NCBI RefSeq assembly: GCF_030144855.1
Contig: NC_082734.1
Span: forward strand, 5,766,001 to 5,830,000
Origin: Hypanus sabinus
Lineage: Eukaryota
Reading direction: 5' to 3'
DNA: 64,000 nucleotides
Shown in pieces: positions 1 to 15,600 of this stretch. The notes under the pieces were generated by a model, which was not told where the DNA came from, ran no database searches, and saw only the letters and a list, made by a program, of their open reading frames with translations. Position numbers and translations under genes: made by a program. Positions within the stretch are counted from its first letter, which is position 1. Each line of letters opens with the position of its first letter.

Positions 1-214
1 GTAATCGTAGCTAAAAAGAGAAGTCAAAGACAGCATAAAAGCAAAGAAGAGAGAGTACAATACTGCAAAAGCTGGCAGGAATCTGGAAGATTGAGAGGCT
101 TTTATAAACCAACAGAAGGCAACTATAAAGCCAATAAGAGGGAAAAATGTTGAAAATGAGGGTAAACAAGCCAATAATGTAAAAGAGGATATTAAAAGTT
201 TTGTTTTCAGATAT

Positions 215-729
215 ACAGTACTCTGCTAAAGTCTAAGGCACATACATATAGCTAAGACTTTTGCTCTGCATTGTATTTGTCAACATGTTTGTAAATCTGG
301 CATGAACAAAGCATGTTGGGATTGGCAATGGTAGAGACCTGTGGGAAGGGTGTGGGGAACGTGGCAGAGAGGGAGTGCCAGGGGTTGGAATTAGGGCAAG
401 TGCAGACACACCCAGCCCTGAGACATCAGGCAAGGTCATTTGATTTCAAGCAATGGTTTATAGCTATTACAGAATCTCTCTCTGGTGCTTCTTCTCCTCT
501 CCCTTCCCTTTTTCCCAACCATGATTCCCCTCTCCTTGCCCCCTTCCCACTTTCAGTCCACAATAGAGACCCATATCAGAATCAGGTTTATCATCACTCA
601 CGTATGTTATGAAATATGTTTTTTTTTTGCAGCGGCAGTACAGTGCAATACATAAAATTACTACAGTACTGTGCAAAAGTGTAAGGTACCCTAGCTATGT
701 AAATGTGGCAAAGGCTTTTGCACAGGATT
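215..729. mobile_element. Tc1/mariner-type MITE with self-palindromic ends, inserted in a CR1 fragment
   Basis: Ends related to CAGTACTGTGCAAAAGT...ACTTTTGCACAGTACTG at 215-274 and 664-729, TA flanks; CR1 ORF2-like sequence on both sides (1-210, 740-950). Confidence 0.55.
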
Positions 730-957
730 GTATAGAGAGTAAAAGCGAGACAAGAGTGGACATCAGAGCACTGAAAAATAATACAGGAGCGGTAGTAATG
801 GGGAACAAAGAAATGGTGGATGAATTGAATAAGTATTTTGAGCCAGCCTTCACTGTGGAAGACACCAACGTGTCAGAAATTGGAGAGTGTTGGGGCCAGA
901 AGCAAGTGTGTTCAATGTTACTAAGGCAGTTGGGAAGCTGAAAGGTCAAAGGTTAGA

Positions 958-1215
958 CAATAGTACAGTGGTTACCACAATGCTTTACAGAACTAGCGAA
1001 CCCGATTCAACTCCCGCTGCTGCCTGTAAGGAGTTTGTATGTCCTCTCTGTGACCGTGTGGGTTTCTTCTGGGTGCTTTATTTCTCTCCCAAAGACGTAC
1101 CAGCTTGTAGGTTAATTAGTCATGATTAGGCTAGGATTAAATTGGGGAGGGGGGGTTGCTGGGCAGCGTGGCTCGAAGGTCTGGAAAAGACCTGTTCTGT
1201 GGTGAATCTCAATAA
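958..1215 (+). mobile_element. tRNA-derived V-SINE; related copies at about 24130-24290, 49060-49225, 50860-51100, 53300-53545, 54145-54380 and 56870-57070
   Basis: A/B-box-like head followed by V-domain-like GAGTTTGTATGT...GTGGGTTTC...GGGTGCT...CCAAAGACGTAC; AATAAA tail. Confidence 0.7.
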
Positions 1216-1899
1216 ATTAATAAATCATCTGAACTGGATGGACCACACCCCAGAGATTTTAAAAGAGGTGGAGGCATTAGTAGAGATTTCTTTCAAGAAT
1301 CACTAGAATCAAGAGCCACTAGGAAAATTACTAATGTCACTCCACCTTCTAAGAAGGTAGGGAGGCAAAGGACTTCAACTTATAGGCAGATTAGCCTGAT
1401 TTCAGTAGTTGGTGAACTCTTAGAGTATAGTGGATTCTGGTTCATTGGGCCATTAGATAATTGGGACAGCTGCTTATTTGGGACAATTCTTATAGAACGA
1501 AAGCAAATCAAGAAAATAACCAGGATTCCCTTCATTGATTTGGGAAACAATGTTGCTTAATTGGGGCAGGAGACTTGTTGAACAGCTTCTAACTAGTGTC
1601 ATCGTTAGATGCTACACCGTTTTTGAGTGATCAGTTATTAAAAGGCATCAGTTGCATGCATGTTTTCAAAAAGCAATGATTTTTGTCACTGATAGTTGGT
1701 GAAAAATAAGCAGTAAGACAATTCCAAACTCACTGTGGTTTCCAGTATTCAGGTTTGGAGATTCCACGAGCATCTGGGAGTGAAACCGAAACAATCTCAA
1801 CACTTCAGTAAGTTAGAAGTTATGAAAAAATTGAAGATTTGAAGAGATTGAATGTTGGTGATGAAGCATATCACCTCCTGCTTGAGAAGCAGCTTGGAT

Positions 1900-3725
1900 C
1901 TGCTCCAGTTTGTCTACTGGAGCAACAAGTCCACAACAGATGGTTCTTCATTCAACCCAGAAACACCTGGACAGCAAAGATGCACACATCAGAATACTCT
2001 TTATTGACTACAGCTCAGCATTCAACACCATCATCCCCTCAAAAGAAATCAATAAGCTTAAAGACCTTGGCCTCAGTACCTCTGTGGATCATTTATCTCT
2101 TCTCTAGTAGACCCCAATAGGATTGGATTGGCAATAACATCTCCTCCACAATTTCCATCATCACAGGTGCACCACAAGGTTGTGTGCTTAGCCCCTTGCT
2201 CTACTTATCTTAACTTCAAGACTGTTTGGCTTAGCACGGCTCCACTGCCATATTCAAGTTTGATGATAGCACCACTGTTGTAGGCTGAATCAACAGTAGT
2301 GATGAATCAGCATATAGGAGGGTGATCTGGCTGAGTGGTGTCACAACATTTTACTAAATGTCAGCAAGACCAAGGAGTTGATCATTAACTCCAGGAGGAG
2401 AAAACTATAGAGGGTCATCAACTTTAAATTCCTGGGTGTTATTATTTCAGAAGACTTCTCCTGGGCCCAGCAGATATGTGCAATTACAAAGAAAGCACAG
2501 CAGTGCCTTGACTTCCTTAGGATTCTGTGGAGATTCAGCATGACATCTAAAACCTTGACAAACTTCTATAGATGTGGGGGGTATATTATCTGGCTGCATC
2601 ACAGCCTGGTATGGAAAGACTAATGTCTTTTGAATGGAATATACAAAAAATAGTGGTACCGCCCAGTCCATCCCAGGTAAAGCCCATCCACATAGAACGT
2701 TGTTGCAGGAAAGCAGAATCCATCATCAAGGATCCCCACCATCCAGGACATGCTCTCTTCATGCTGCTCCCTTCAGGAAGAAGGTACAGGAGCCTCATGA
2801 CTCACACTACCAGGTTCAGGGACAGTTATTACACCTCAAATATCAGGCTGTTGAGCCATATAGGATTGCCCCTGTTGCAATGAAATGTAGGGAGTGGATC
2901 CAAGTGCAGGACACAGGCATGGAGACGGACTTGGACATGACGAGGACTCGAAGCCAGGACTTGGACTTGACTGGAACACAGAGCCGGGACTCAGAGCCTT
3001 GACTTGGACAGAGACTCGGACTTGACAAAACAATGACAGACCACTCGCATCCCGGCTCGGAGCAGTGGCAAAACGGCCGGCGACACTCAGCTGAATATGA
3101 GAAGACAAAAACAAACAACAACAAACAATTCGTATTGCGGCTCGAAGCAGCGGCAGACAGCCCGCAATACTCAGCTGAACACAAGACAACAAAAACAAAC
3201 AGGAGGGATCTTGACACGGAGAAGCTCATGAAGACGGTCTGTTATTCTTGGGGGCTCGGAAGGAGCATGGCCGCACTGCTGAGGTGACAGATCAGCAGCG
3301 AGCAGATGTAAGCTGGAGTTTTTATGCTGCCAGCTCGAATGAGGATCAGGCGCCCTAATCAAGGAACACAATGGAGCACGGGGAAAAGGAATTTAACTGA
3401 AATGAGTAGTCAACGGACCGGGCCATGACAGCCCCTTCCTTGAAATGTTTCCACAACCTTTGGCCTCACTTTCAAGGCCCCTTCATCTTATGCTCTTGAT
3501 ATTCATTGCTTGTTTATTAATTATTATGTATTTTTTCTATAGTATTTGCAGAGTTTGTTGTCTTTTGCACATTGGTTGAACATCCAAGTTGATGCAGTTT
3601 TTCATTGATTCTCTGATAGTTATTACTCTATGAAGGATTTATTGAGTATGCCCACATGAAAATATATCTCATGGATGTAAATGGTGACACAAATGCTCTT
3701 TGATAATAAGTGTACTTTGAACTTC
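1900..3725 (+). mobile_element. Rex1/Babar-like LINE 3' fragment, decayed
   Basis: [35 protein letters not shown]-like DNA, and [24 protein letters not shown]; split by the solo LTR. Confidence 0.8.
2873..3430. mobile_element. Solo LTR, 558 bp
   Basis: TGT...ACA ends with GCCCC 5-bp duplication at 2868-2872 and 3431-3435; internal GACTTG/GACTCG short repeats and a duplicated ACTCAGCTGAA...ACAAAAACAAACA unit. Confidence 0.75.
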
Positions 3726-4412
3726 GAAAGCATCTTGAATGCTGCAATGGAAATGAAGATTTAGAGGATGCAGTTATTGGTAGTACGAAGGCCCTCCATG
3801 CAGCGGCTGCACTAATTTTATTCATTGCATGCACCGGTTGAATTCCCTCAGTGGATAACTATTAGGAACTAATACATATCATCCCTGACGAAGGTGGCGA
3901 AATTTGTCATTGAAGCATCGGTTATAATCGATACCTGTACCTGGCTGGAAGCCCGAGAAGGGTTTATTTAACTGTTTGCATGAAACCTTGGCTAAATGGG
4001 GCAGGGGCTTAATTGGGCTAAAAACATATTGGTCCCGACGTGTCCCAATTACCCGGATTCCACTGTACATTATTAAGGATGAGGATTGGGATTATCTGGA
4101 AGCTCATGGTAAAATAGGCAGCACGGGTTGAAATTCTGCTGTGTCATTAGGGTTTGAATCAGACAATCTGGGTCCCAGAAACTCCTGTCATTACTGTTCT
4201 ACTGTCTTCCCTGCTCGCGTACCCTGCCAGTCATCTCGGGCCAGCTCCTCACTCATCCTTCTGTAACCTTATTTCCCTGTATCCCTGCCTCACACATTCC
4301 CATTCAACTCGGATTCTTTTTGCTCTCAACCGATTCCAGTGGATCCAACAGCATCCGTGGCACCTGCGTTGCGAAATGCGGCGCTGCAAGAGTTAACGAG
4401 GGTAGTTTTTTT

Positions 4413-4468
4413 TGCTGAATCATAATGATGGGCGGACTCACAGTGGGTGGAAGCTGAGCTCTTAAATA
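4413..4468 (+). promoter_or_regulatory. FerA proximal promoter: ARE/MARE, GC box, TATA-like box
   Basis: TGCTGAATCAT at 4413-4423 (minus strand ATGATTCAGCA plus A-tract, fits RTGAYnnnGCRwwww); GGGCGG at 4430-4435; TTAAATA at 4462-4468; CpG-rich context. Confidence 0.7.
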
Positions 4469-4505
4469 GAGCAGCGGCGGGGCTCGGAACTCAGTATCCG
4501 GGTTG

Positions 4506-4537
4506 TATTCTTGCTTCAACAGTGTTTGAACGGAATA
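4506..4537 (+). promoter_or_regulatory. Iron-responsive element (IRE) in the FerA 5' UTR
   Basis: TATTCT-TGC-TTCAA-CAGTGT-TTGAA-C-GGAATA: CAGUGN loop, 5-bp upper stem, ferritin-type UGC/C bulge, lower stem; about 40 nt downstream of the TATA-like box. Confidence 0.96.
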
Positions 4538-4629
4538 GAACCCAGACCGCGCCAAAACCCTTATTTTTTTTAGAAAAGAAACTAAAAACTACTTTTTGAA
4601 GCAACCTTTTTGTGCCGAACCTGTGCAGG

Positions 4630-5988
<1,359 letters not shown>

Positions 5989-8157
5989 AATGCCAAACCT
6001 CAGGAAATCAGTGTGCCTCTTCTACTTTCAGTATACTTCAATACCTTTCTCTTCATTGATGATTCTTTTAATTGGGTCAGTTTTTGCTAATGTCATTTTT
6101 TGAATTGGGTGTTAACTTGTTTGAAACAAGTGAAAAGGTGTTTCTACTGTGAGATTTTTCAATCTTTGTACCTGGTTTCTAAAAGACAGTTGTTGTAAAC
6201 CATGTGGCACATCTGAGGATCTGTTGCTTAAATAAAAGTTGGTTTAAAAAGTTGAGTTGTAGTAATGCATTCATCATGCTTTTACTATTCCGTTACTGAA
6301 GTGTCTGCTCACTTGCCTTGAAGCTTTAGTCTTAAAATTCTGCAGATACTGGAAATCCAGAGCAACACCACAAAATGCTTGCATTTGGTAGGTCAGGCAG
6401 CTTCTGGAGAGGAACAAACAGTTGATTGTTTCTGGTCAAGACCCTTCAATAGGACACTTCCAACAGCACAAACTGAAAGGTATCAATAGATATTTTCCTC
6501 CTCTGCCACTGAAAAGGAGACAACTTTGGAAGTTAATTGCCGCAAGGTGTTGGTTTTTTTAAAAGGCTTCAGTTCCCCAATACTGAAAACTATCCTGACT
6601 GATACAGGATCCAACATTAGCAGTGTTGTATGATCCAATAATAGGCTACAGCTCCCTATTGGAGAATAGACAATGCTACCTTGATTCTCTCAAATGCCTT
6701 GTCTCTTAATTTATGCTGCTTTTGGAAATGGGTTCCAGTGCTTTTCCGCGCACAGAAGTCTAGGTTGTCTCGTGACTCCCATGTTCCCTGTAGTAGAAAT
6801 CCCTTAGCCTTAGTTGAAGCAGGGGGCTCATTTCCTTCCAAGAACATGCATATACTAATTGTTTTTTTTAGATGCAGTCCTGTTTTTCTTGGGGGATGTA
6901 AACTACTTAATGATTAAGAGGAGTTTTAGTTGGCATTTTAATCTCATTGCTACAACCTTTTGGTCTCAAACTTCTAGTGCACCTAGCTGAGCATTACTGC
7001 AAGGTGTCAACATAGAAAACCTACAGCACAATACAGGCCCTTCAGCCCACCAGCTGTGCCAAACGTGTCCTTAGAATTACCTAAGCTTACCTGTAGCCCT
7101 CTATCCTAAACTCATGTATCCATCCAGGAGTCTCTTAAAAGACCTTATTGTTTCTGCCACTGGCAGCCCATACACTCACCACCTTATCCTGACATCTCTA
7201 CATCCTCCCATGCTAGCCATTTCAGTCCTGGGGGAAAAGCCTCCAAATATCCACATGATCGGTCAACCTCTAAACATGCACTACAACTCTTGGTTCTAGC
7301 TTTCAGCATAGCATATGTCAGTGGGGGAAGAACCAAAAAGTAAGGGTTTCAAGGGTCAAAATGAGGACTGTACAAGAGAACTGGAGGAGAAAATAGTAGG
7401 TTGTGAAGTTCCAATGCAGCACTTTATTAAGGCCTCAATTATCCCAGGAATGAATAATTTGGTCTAATGTCCCCACCACTCCAAAGCATATTGATGTAAT
7501 TGAGACAAATTCTATACAGTGAGCAAGAAGCATATTTTTGCAAATATTCTGCAAATTTCCAGAATGACACAAAGTAACCACTTCTGGACAAACTTGACCA
7601 GCAATAAATGAGAAAATCTGTAGATGCTGGAAATCTTAGCCACACACACAAAAATGCTGAAGGATCTCAGCAGCTAAGGAGTATTTTCTCCCCAGTGATT
7701 TCCCTCTTGCTACTTAACCTTGCAAATAGAACAGATGCTACACCTACCCATATATCACCTCCCTCACTACCATTCAGGGCCCCAAACATTACCTTGTGTT
7801 TCTCCCTCCACCACCTTCCAACTCTTGACTTGTCATTTTTTTTTCTCCAGTCCTGCTGTAGAGTCTCAGCCCAAAATGTTAACTCTACTCTTTTCCATTG
7901 ATGCTGCCTGGCCTGCTGAGTTCCTCCAGCATTTTGTGTTGATGACCAGCAAGACTTAGCAAATGCTTTCTAATATTTGAACAATAATTGTGGAAGAGAC
8001 TTCCTGACATGATCAATTTTTACCTAATCCTCTTGGTCTAAATTGATCAATTTACCACTCCTGGAACTAGCAACTAACTTATCTCAGACCCAAATTTGAA
8101 CTGTTTCCTTCAAGATAAAGGCAATTCCATCTCATAATAGCGACAAAAGTGTTAATG

Positions 8158-8917
8158 CAGGTTGAGAGCTCCTTACCTGAAAATCCAAAATCCGAATTCT
8201 TATCGAGTGCTGACATGGAAAATTCCCAGGTCTCAGCGCATTGCAGACAGTTCTGAGAAGCGAAGTCACATGCAATGAATAGAAGTAGATTGAGAAATAG
8301 AAAAGCACTGTATAAAGTGAGGAACGGAGATCATGATTATGATTAGTGTTGGAGTGAACATGTGCCGCTCAACGGTATGCTGATCATAAAACAAAGATCT
8401 ATCACGAACTGAAAATTGAAGGTAATTGTGAATATTCTGCAGGCTGGTTGCAGAAATTTAAGAAGATGCACAACATTAAATTTTTAAAGCATCTGCTGAT
8501 CACAAAAATATAGCACCATAACAAGTCTATGATGCTGATTGGTTTTATACCCTTCATAAAACCAAAAGAAAAAGTAAAATACAAACAGAATGTATTTTTA
8601 ATCAAAACACAGCATCATAGATGGAGACTGAAAGCCTGCCATTGTTTATTCTTCAACAGCTGATTCAGATATTCTCCCACTGCTGCTTTTGTTACCCTGC
8701 ACACATTATATTTTCATTATATTAATGGTGTGTAATAATGTTTATTGTTAAGTACATGTGTGTGATGAACAAGTGTAAAACAAAGACAGCTGACCAGTAG
8801 CACATAAATTCAGAGTTGGAAATGATGACGAACATTGTATATTCCAAAATGCAAAAAAAAATCTAAAATATCAAAACATTTCTTGCCCCAAGCATTTTGG
8901 ACAAGGAATACTCAACC
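8158..8917 (+). mobile_element. Tigger/pogo-family element (Tigger4/Zombi-like), internally deleted
   Basis: Inverted termini CAGGTTGAGAGCTCCTTA and ACAAGGAATACTCAACC; CENP-B-HTH-like remnant SEHVPLNGMLI...ELKIEGNCEYSAGWLQKFKK at about 8350-8510. Confidence 0.75.
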
Positions 8918-10049
8918 AAATATGATCAAATTTCTAAACTATAATCACAATGTATTTGTGAGGGCTTTCTCTGGACAAAATTACTGACATGTTTCCCACA
9001 TTTTAACAGTGACTATTGTAGTTGGAAAACACTGAAACATTCAGGCAAGAACGTGAAAGTGACCACTGAAATGGCAGCAACACACAAAAAATGCTGGAGG
9101 AACTCAGCAGGCTAGTCAGCAACTGAGGAAAAAAATTAATTCCATGTTTTGGGCTAAGGGCTGGAGAAAAAAAGATGAGGATTAGATTTAAAAGCTGGGG
9201 GGAGGGGAGAATGAAATAAAGAACTGGGGAATTGATTGGTGAAAGAGATACAGGGCAGGAGAAAGGAGAGGATAGAAGGCCATGGAAGAAAGAAATGGGG
9301 GGAGAAGCACAGAGGCAGGTCATGGGTAGACAAGGATACAAGGTGAGAGAATGGTGGAGGGGTTGGGGCATTACTAGACATTTGAAAAATCGATGTTCAT
9401 GCAACCAGATTGGAGGCTACCCAGGCAGAATATAGGATGTTGTTCCTCCAACCTGAGTGTGGCCTAATCACTACTGTAGAGGAAGCCATGGATTGACGTA
9501 TCAGAACGGGAATGGGAAGTGAAATTAAGATGGATGGCCACTGAGAGATCTCGCTTCTTCTGGTGGACAGAGTGTAGGCGCTCAGTGAAGCGGTCTCCCA
9601 ATCTACGTCGGGTCTCACTGATACATACAGGAGGCCATACCAATTACAGCACATAAGAAATTTTACATATTGGAAATCTAAACAAACACACACAAAATGC
9701 AGGACCCTTCCTGATGAAGAGTCTTGGCCCCAAATGTCAACTGTGTATTCAATTCCTCCAGCATTTTGTGTTTTGCACCAGTTACAGGAGTTACTTCTTC
9801 TAGAATTGTGATGCTGGCTAGTGAATTTGTGTATGCCGTCTGGAACTTACATCTTGGTAGGGTCACCCATCTATCAAGTACTGTCTGGTGGCTGCCCATG
9901 CATCAGCCTCCTCAGATTAACAAAGTCACACACAGCCATTCTCCATTAAGGAAATTCACCATATTATGTCCCACTGAATTCACCACATAATTCACCACTG
10001 AATTATGTCCCGTGGTGATCCCAGATCAGTCTGTACAGCCACAAATAGA

Positions 10050-12240
<2,191 letters not shown>

Positions 12241-12269
12241 TATGATCATATTTGACTTGAGTGATCACA

Positions 12270-12296
12270 TACTACTACTACTACTACTACTACTAC
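12270..12296. repeat. (TAC)9 microsatellite
   Basis: Read directly from the sequence. Confidence 0.95.
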
Positions 12297-12649
12297 AGGA
12301 GTTAATCCTGCAAATCTATCCTTCCTGAATAAGGACATAACTGACTAAGATCTGATCCAAAAAAACAGCTGACAAAGTGGTCGATTTTACCAGGTTTTAT
12401 TTGGGAACAGATGGCAACATGTTTTACACACAGTACTTTTCAATGTCATCTTTAATCTGGCCCTACATTAACAAGGATTAGATTGGCAACAATTGTTCTA
12501 CTTTAACAGTTGGGACACTGGGGTCTACCGCACCACCTCTCTCGGGTGAATACAGGAATTTTTTCTGTAGATTTGGAAAGATTTGCAGAAAATGAGAAAA
12601 GCCAGGCACAGGTCATTCCCTAAGAGGATGCATTTAGCAAAGCATGTCA

Positions 12650-15600
12650 TTAACTGTCCCCACCCAGAGAGTGCTTGTCGAACAAATACTCTCCAATACC
12701 ATCCTCAGAAGCTCCCAATTTCTTCAGGTTGGTGATGTGATCCCCAAGCTTCCTAATGGCTATGACTTGTTCATTCAAGTAGTTTGCCTCCAAGAACTCA
12801 CATAGCTGTAACAGGAAGAAAATGTAACGATGAGGAGTTTCTCAACATCATTGTTTAATTCAACCAACATGGGAAACACAAAGTCCAAAACTACCACATG
12901 CTATGACTGTTAGGTGTATAAATCACTGCTCTTTTGACTGAATCAGAATCAGAATTGGGGTTATTATCACTGGCATGTGACGTGAAATTTGTTAACTCAG
13001 CAGCAGCGGTTAAATGCAATACATAATCTAGCACAGAAAAATATAATAAATAAACAATTAAATCAATTACATATAATAGATTTAAAATAAACATGCAAAA
13101 ACAGAAATACTGTATAATTAAAGTCAAGTCAAGTCACTTTTATTGTCATTTCGACCATAAGTGCTGGTATGGTCGAAATAGTAAAAATGAAACGTTTTTC
13201 AGGACCATGGTGTTACATGACACAGTACAAAAACTAGACTGAACTACGTAAAAAAAAACAACACAGAGAAAACTACACTAGACTACAGACCTACACAGGA
13301 CTACATAAAGTGCACAAAAACAGTGCAGGCATTACACTAAATAATAAACAGGACAATAGGGCAAGGTGTCAGTTCAGGCTTCGGGTATTGAGGAGTCTGA
13401 TAGCTTGGGGGAAGAAACTGTTACATAGTCTGGCCGTGAGAGCCCAAATGCTTCAGAGCCTTTTCCCAGATGGCAGGAGGGAGAAGAGATTGTATGAGGG
13501 GTGCATGGTGTCCTTCATAATGCTGTTTCCTTTGTGGATGCAGTGTGTAGTGTAAATGTCTGTGATGGCGGGAAGAGAGACCCCGATGATCTTCTCAGCT
13601 GACCTCACTATCTGCTGCAGGGTCTTGCGATCCAAGATAGTGCAATTTCTGAACCAGGCAGTGATGTAGTTGTTCAGGATGCTCTCAATACAACCCCTAT
13701 AAAATGTGATGAGGATGGGGTAGTGTCCGAAGGTTCAATGTCCATTTAGGAATCAGATGGCAGAGGGGAAGAAGCTGTTCCTGAATTGCTGAGTGTGTGC
13801 CTTCAGACTTCTGTACCTCTGACCCAATTGCAAAAGCGAGAAAAGGGCATGCCCTGGGTGCTGGAGGTCCTTAATAATGGACGCTGCCTTTTTGAGACAC
13901 CACTCCTTGAAGATGTCCTGGGTACTTTGTAGGCTAGTACCCGAGATGGAGCCAACTAAATTTACAATCCTCTGCAGCTTCTTTTGGTTCTGTGCAGTAG
14001 CCACTCTTCCCCCACCCCAATACCAGACAGTAAACCAGCCTGTCAGAATGCTCTCCACAGTACATCTATAGAAGTTTTTCAGCGTATTTGTTGACATAGC
14101 AAATCTCTTCAAACTCCTAATGAAGTATTGCAGCCTTCTTTATAACTGCATCGATATGTTGGGACCAGGTTAGATCCTCAGAGACCTTGACACCCAGGAA
14201 CTTAAAACTGCTCTCTCTCTCTCCCCACTTCTGATCCCTCTATGAGAATTAGTGTGTGTTCCTTCGTCTTACCCTTTTGAAGTCTACAGTAAGCTCTTTT
14301 GTCTTACTGACGTTGAGTGCCAGGTTGTTGCTGTGACACCACTTCACTAGTTGGCATATTTCACTCCTGTACACCCTCTCATCACCATCTGAGATTCTAT
14401 CAACAATGGTTGTATCATTAGCAAATTTATAGATGGTATTTGAGCTAAGCCTAGCTCATGGGTATATAGAGAGTAGAGCAATGGGCTAAGCACACACCCC
14501 TGAGGTGCACCAGTGTTGATAGTTGATGATGAGGAGGTGCTATTACCAATTGTGGTCCTCCGGTTAGGAAGTTGAGGATCCAATTGCAGAGGGAGGTACA
14601 GAGGCCCAGGTTCAGAAACTTCTCAATCAGGATTGTGGGAATGATGGTATTAAATTCTGAGCTATAGTCCATGAACAACATCCTGACATAGGTACTTGTG
14701 TTGTCCAGGTGGCCTAAAGCCATTGAGATTGCATCTGCTGTTGATCTATTGTGGCAATCAACAAATTGCAATGGGTCCAGATCTTTGCTGAGGCAGGAGT
14801 TCAGTGTAGTCATTACAAACCTCTCAAAGCATTTCATCACTGTAGATGTGAGTGCTACTGGGTGACAGTCACTAAGGCAGCTCACATTATTCTTCTTAGA
14901 CACTAGTAAAATTGTTGCCTTTTTGAAGCAAGTGGGAACTCCTGCCCATAGCAGTGAGAGGTTGAAACCGTCCTTGAATACTCCCTCCAGTTGTTTGGAT
15001 TAGTTTTTCAGAGCCTTACCATGTACTCCATTGGGACCTTCTGCCTTGTGAAAGTTCACTCTCTTTAAAGACAGTCTAATGTAGGCCTCTAAGACAGAGA
15101 TCACAGGGTCATCAGGTGCAGCAGGGATCTTCACAGCTGCAGTTGTATTCTCCCTTTCAAAGCGGGCATAGAAGGCAGAGAATTCATCTGGTAATGAAGT
15201 ATCACTGCCATTCATGCTATTGGGTTCACTTTGTAAGAAGTAATGTCTTGCAAACCCTGCCAGAGTTGTCTTGCATCCAATGTCGCCTCCAGCCTTTTTT
15301 GAAATTGTCTTTTCACCCTTGAAATAGCCCTCCGCAAATCATACCTGTTTTCTGGTAAAGGCCTGGGTCGCCAGACTTGAATGCCACAGATCTAGCCTTC
15401 AGCAGACAACGTACCTCCTGGTTCATCTACGGCTTTCCTGGTTCATTCCCACGGTTTGGGAATGTACAGTAAGTCTTTGTAGGCACACACTCATCCACAC
15501 AGTTTTTAATACAGCATACTCATCCAAGTTTGAGGAAGACAGGTGAGACAAATTTCAAATTCTAAACTTCTCACAAATCAGATTGGTTATCATGTCTCTG

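Larger units (their letters stand above)
1428..4065. mobile_element. Tigger-like non-autonomous DNA transposon containing nested insertions
   Basis: Imperfect TIRs TAGTGGATTCTGGTTCATTGGG and CCCAATTACCCGGATTCCACTG flanked by TA; interior interrupted by a Rex1-like LINE fragment and a solo LTR. Confidence 0.55.

Noticed and set aside
2634-3287. Overlapping 120-128-aa ORFs
   Set aside because: Produced by the repetitive interior of the solo LTR and the Rex1 fragment.
4441-4446. Second CAGTGG near FerA
   Set aside because: No IRE stem or C bulge, and upstream of the probable TSS.
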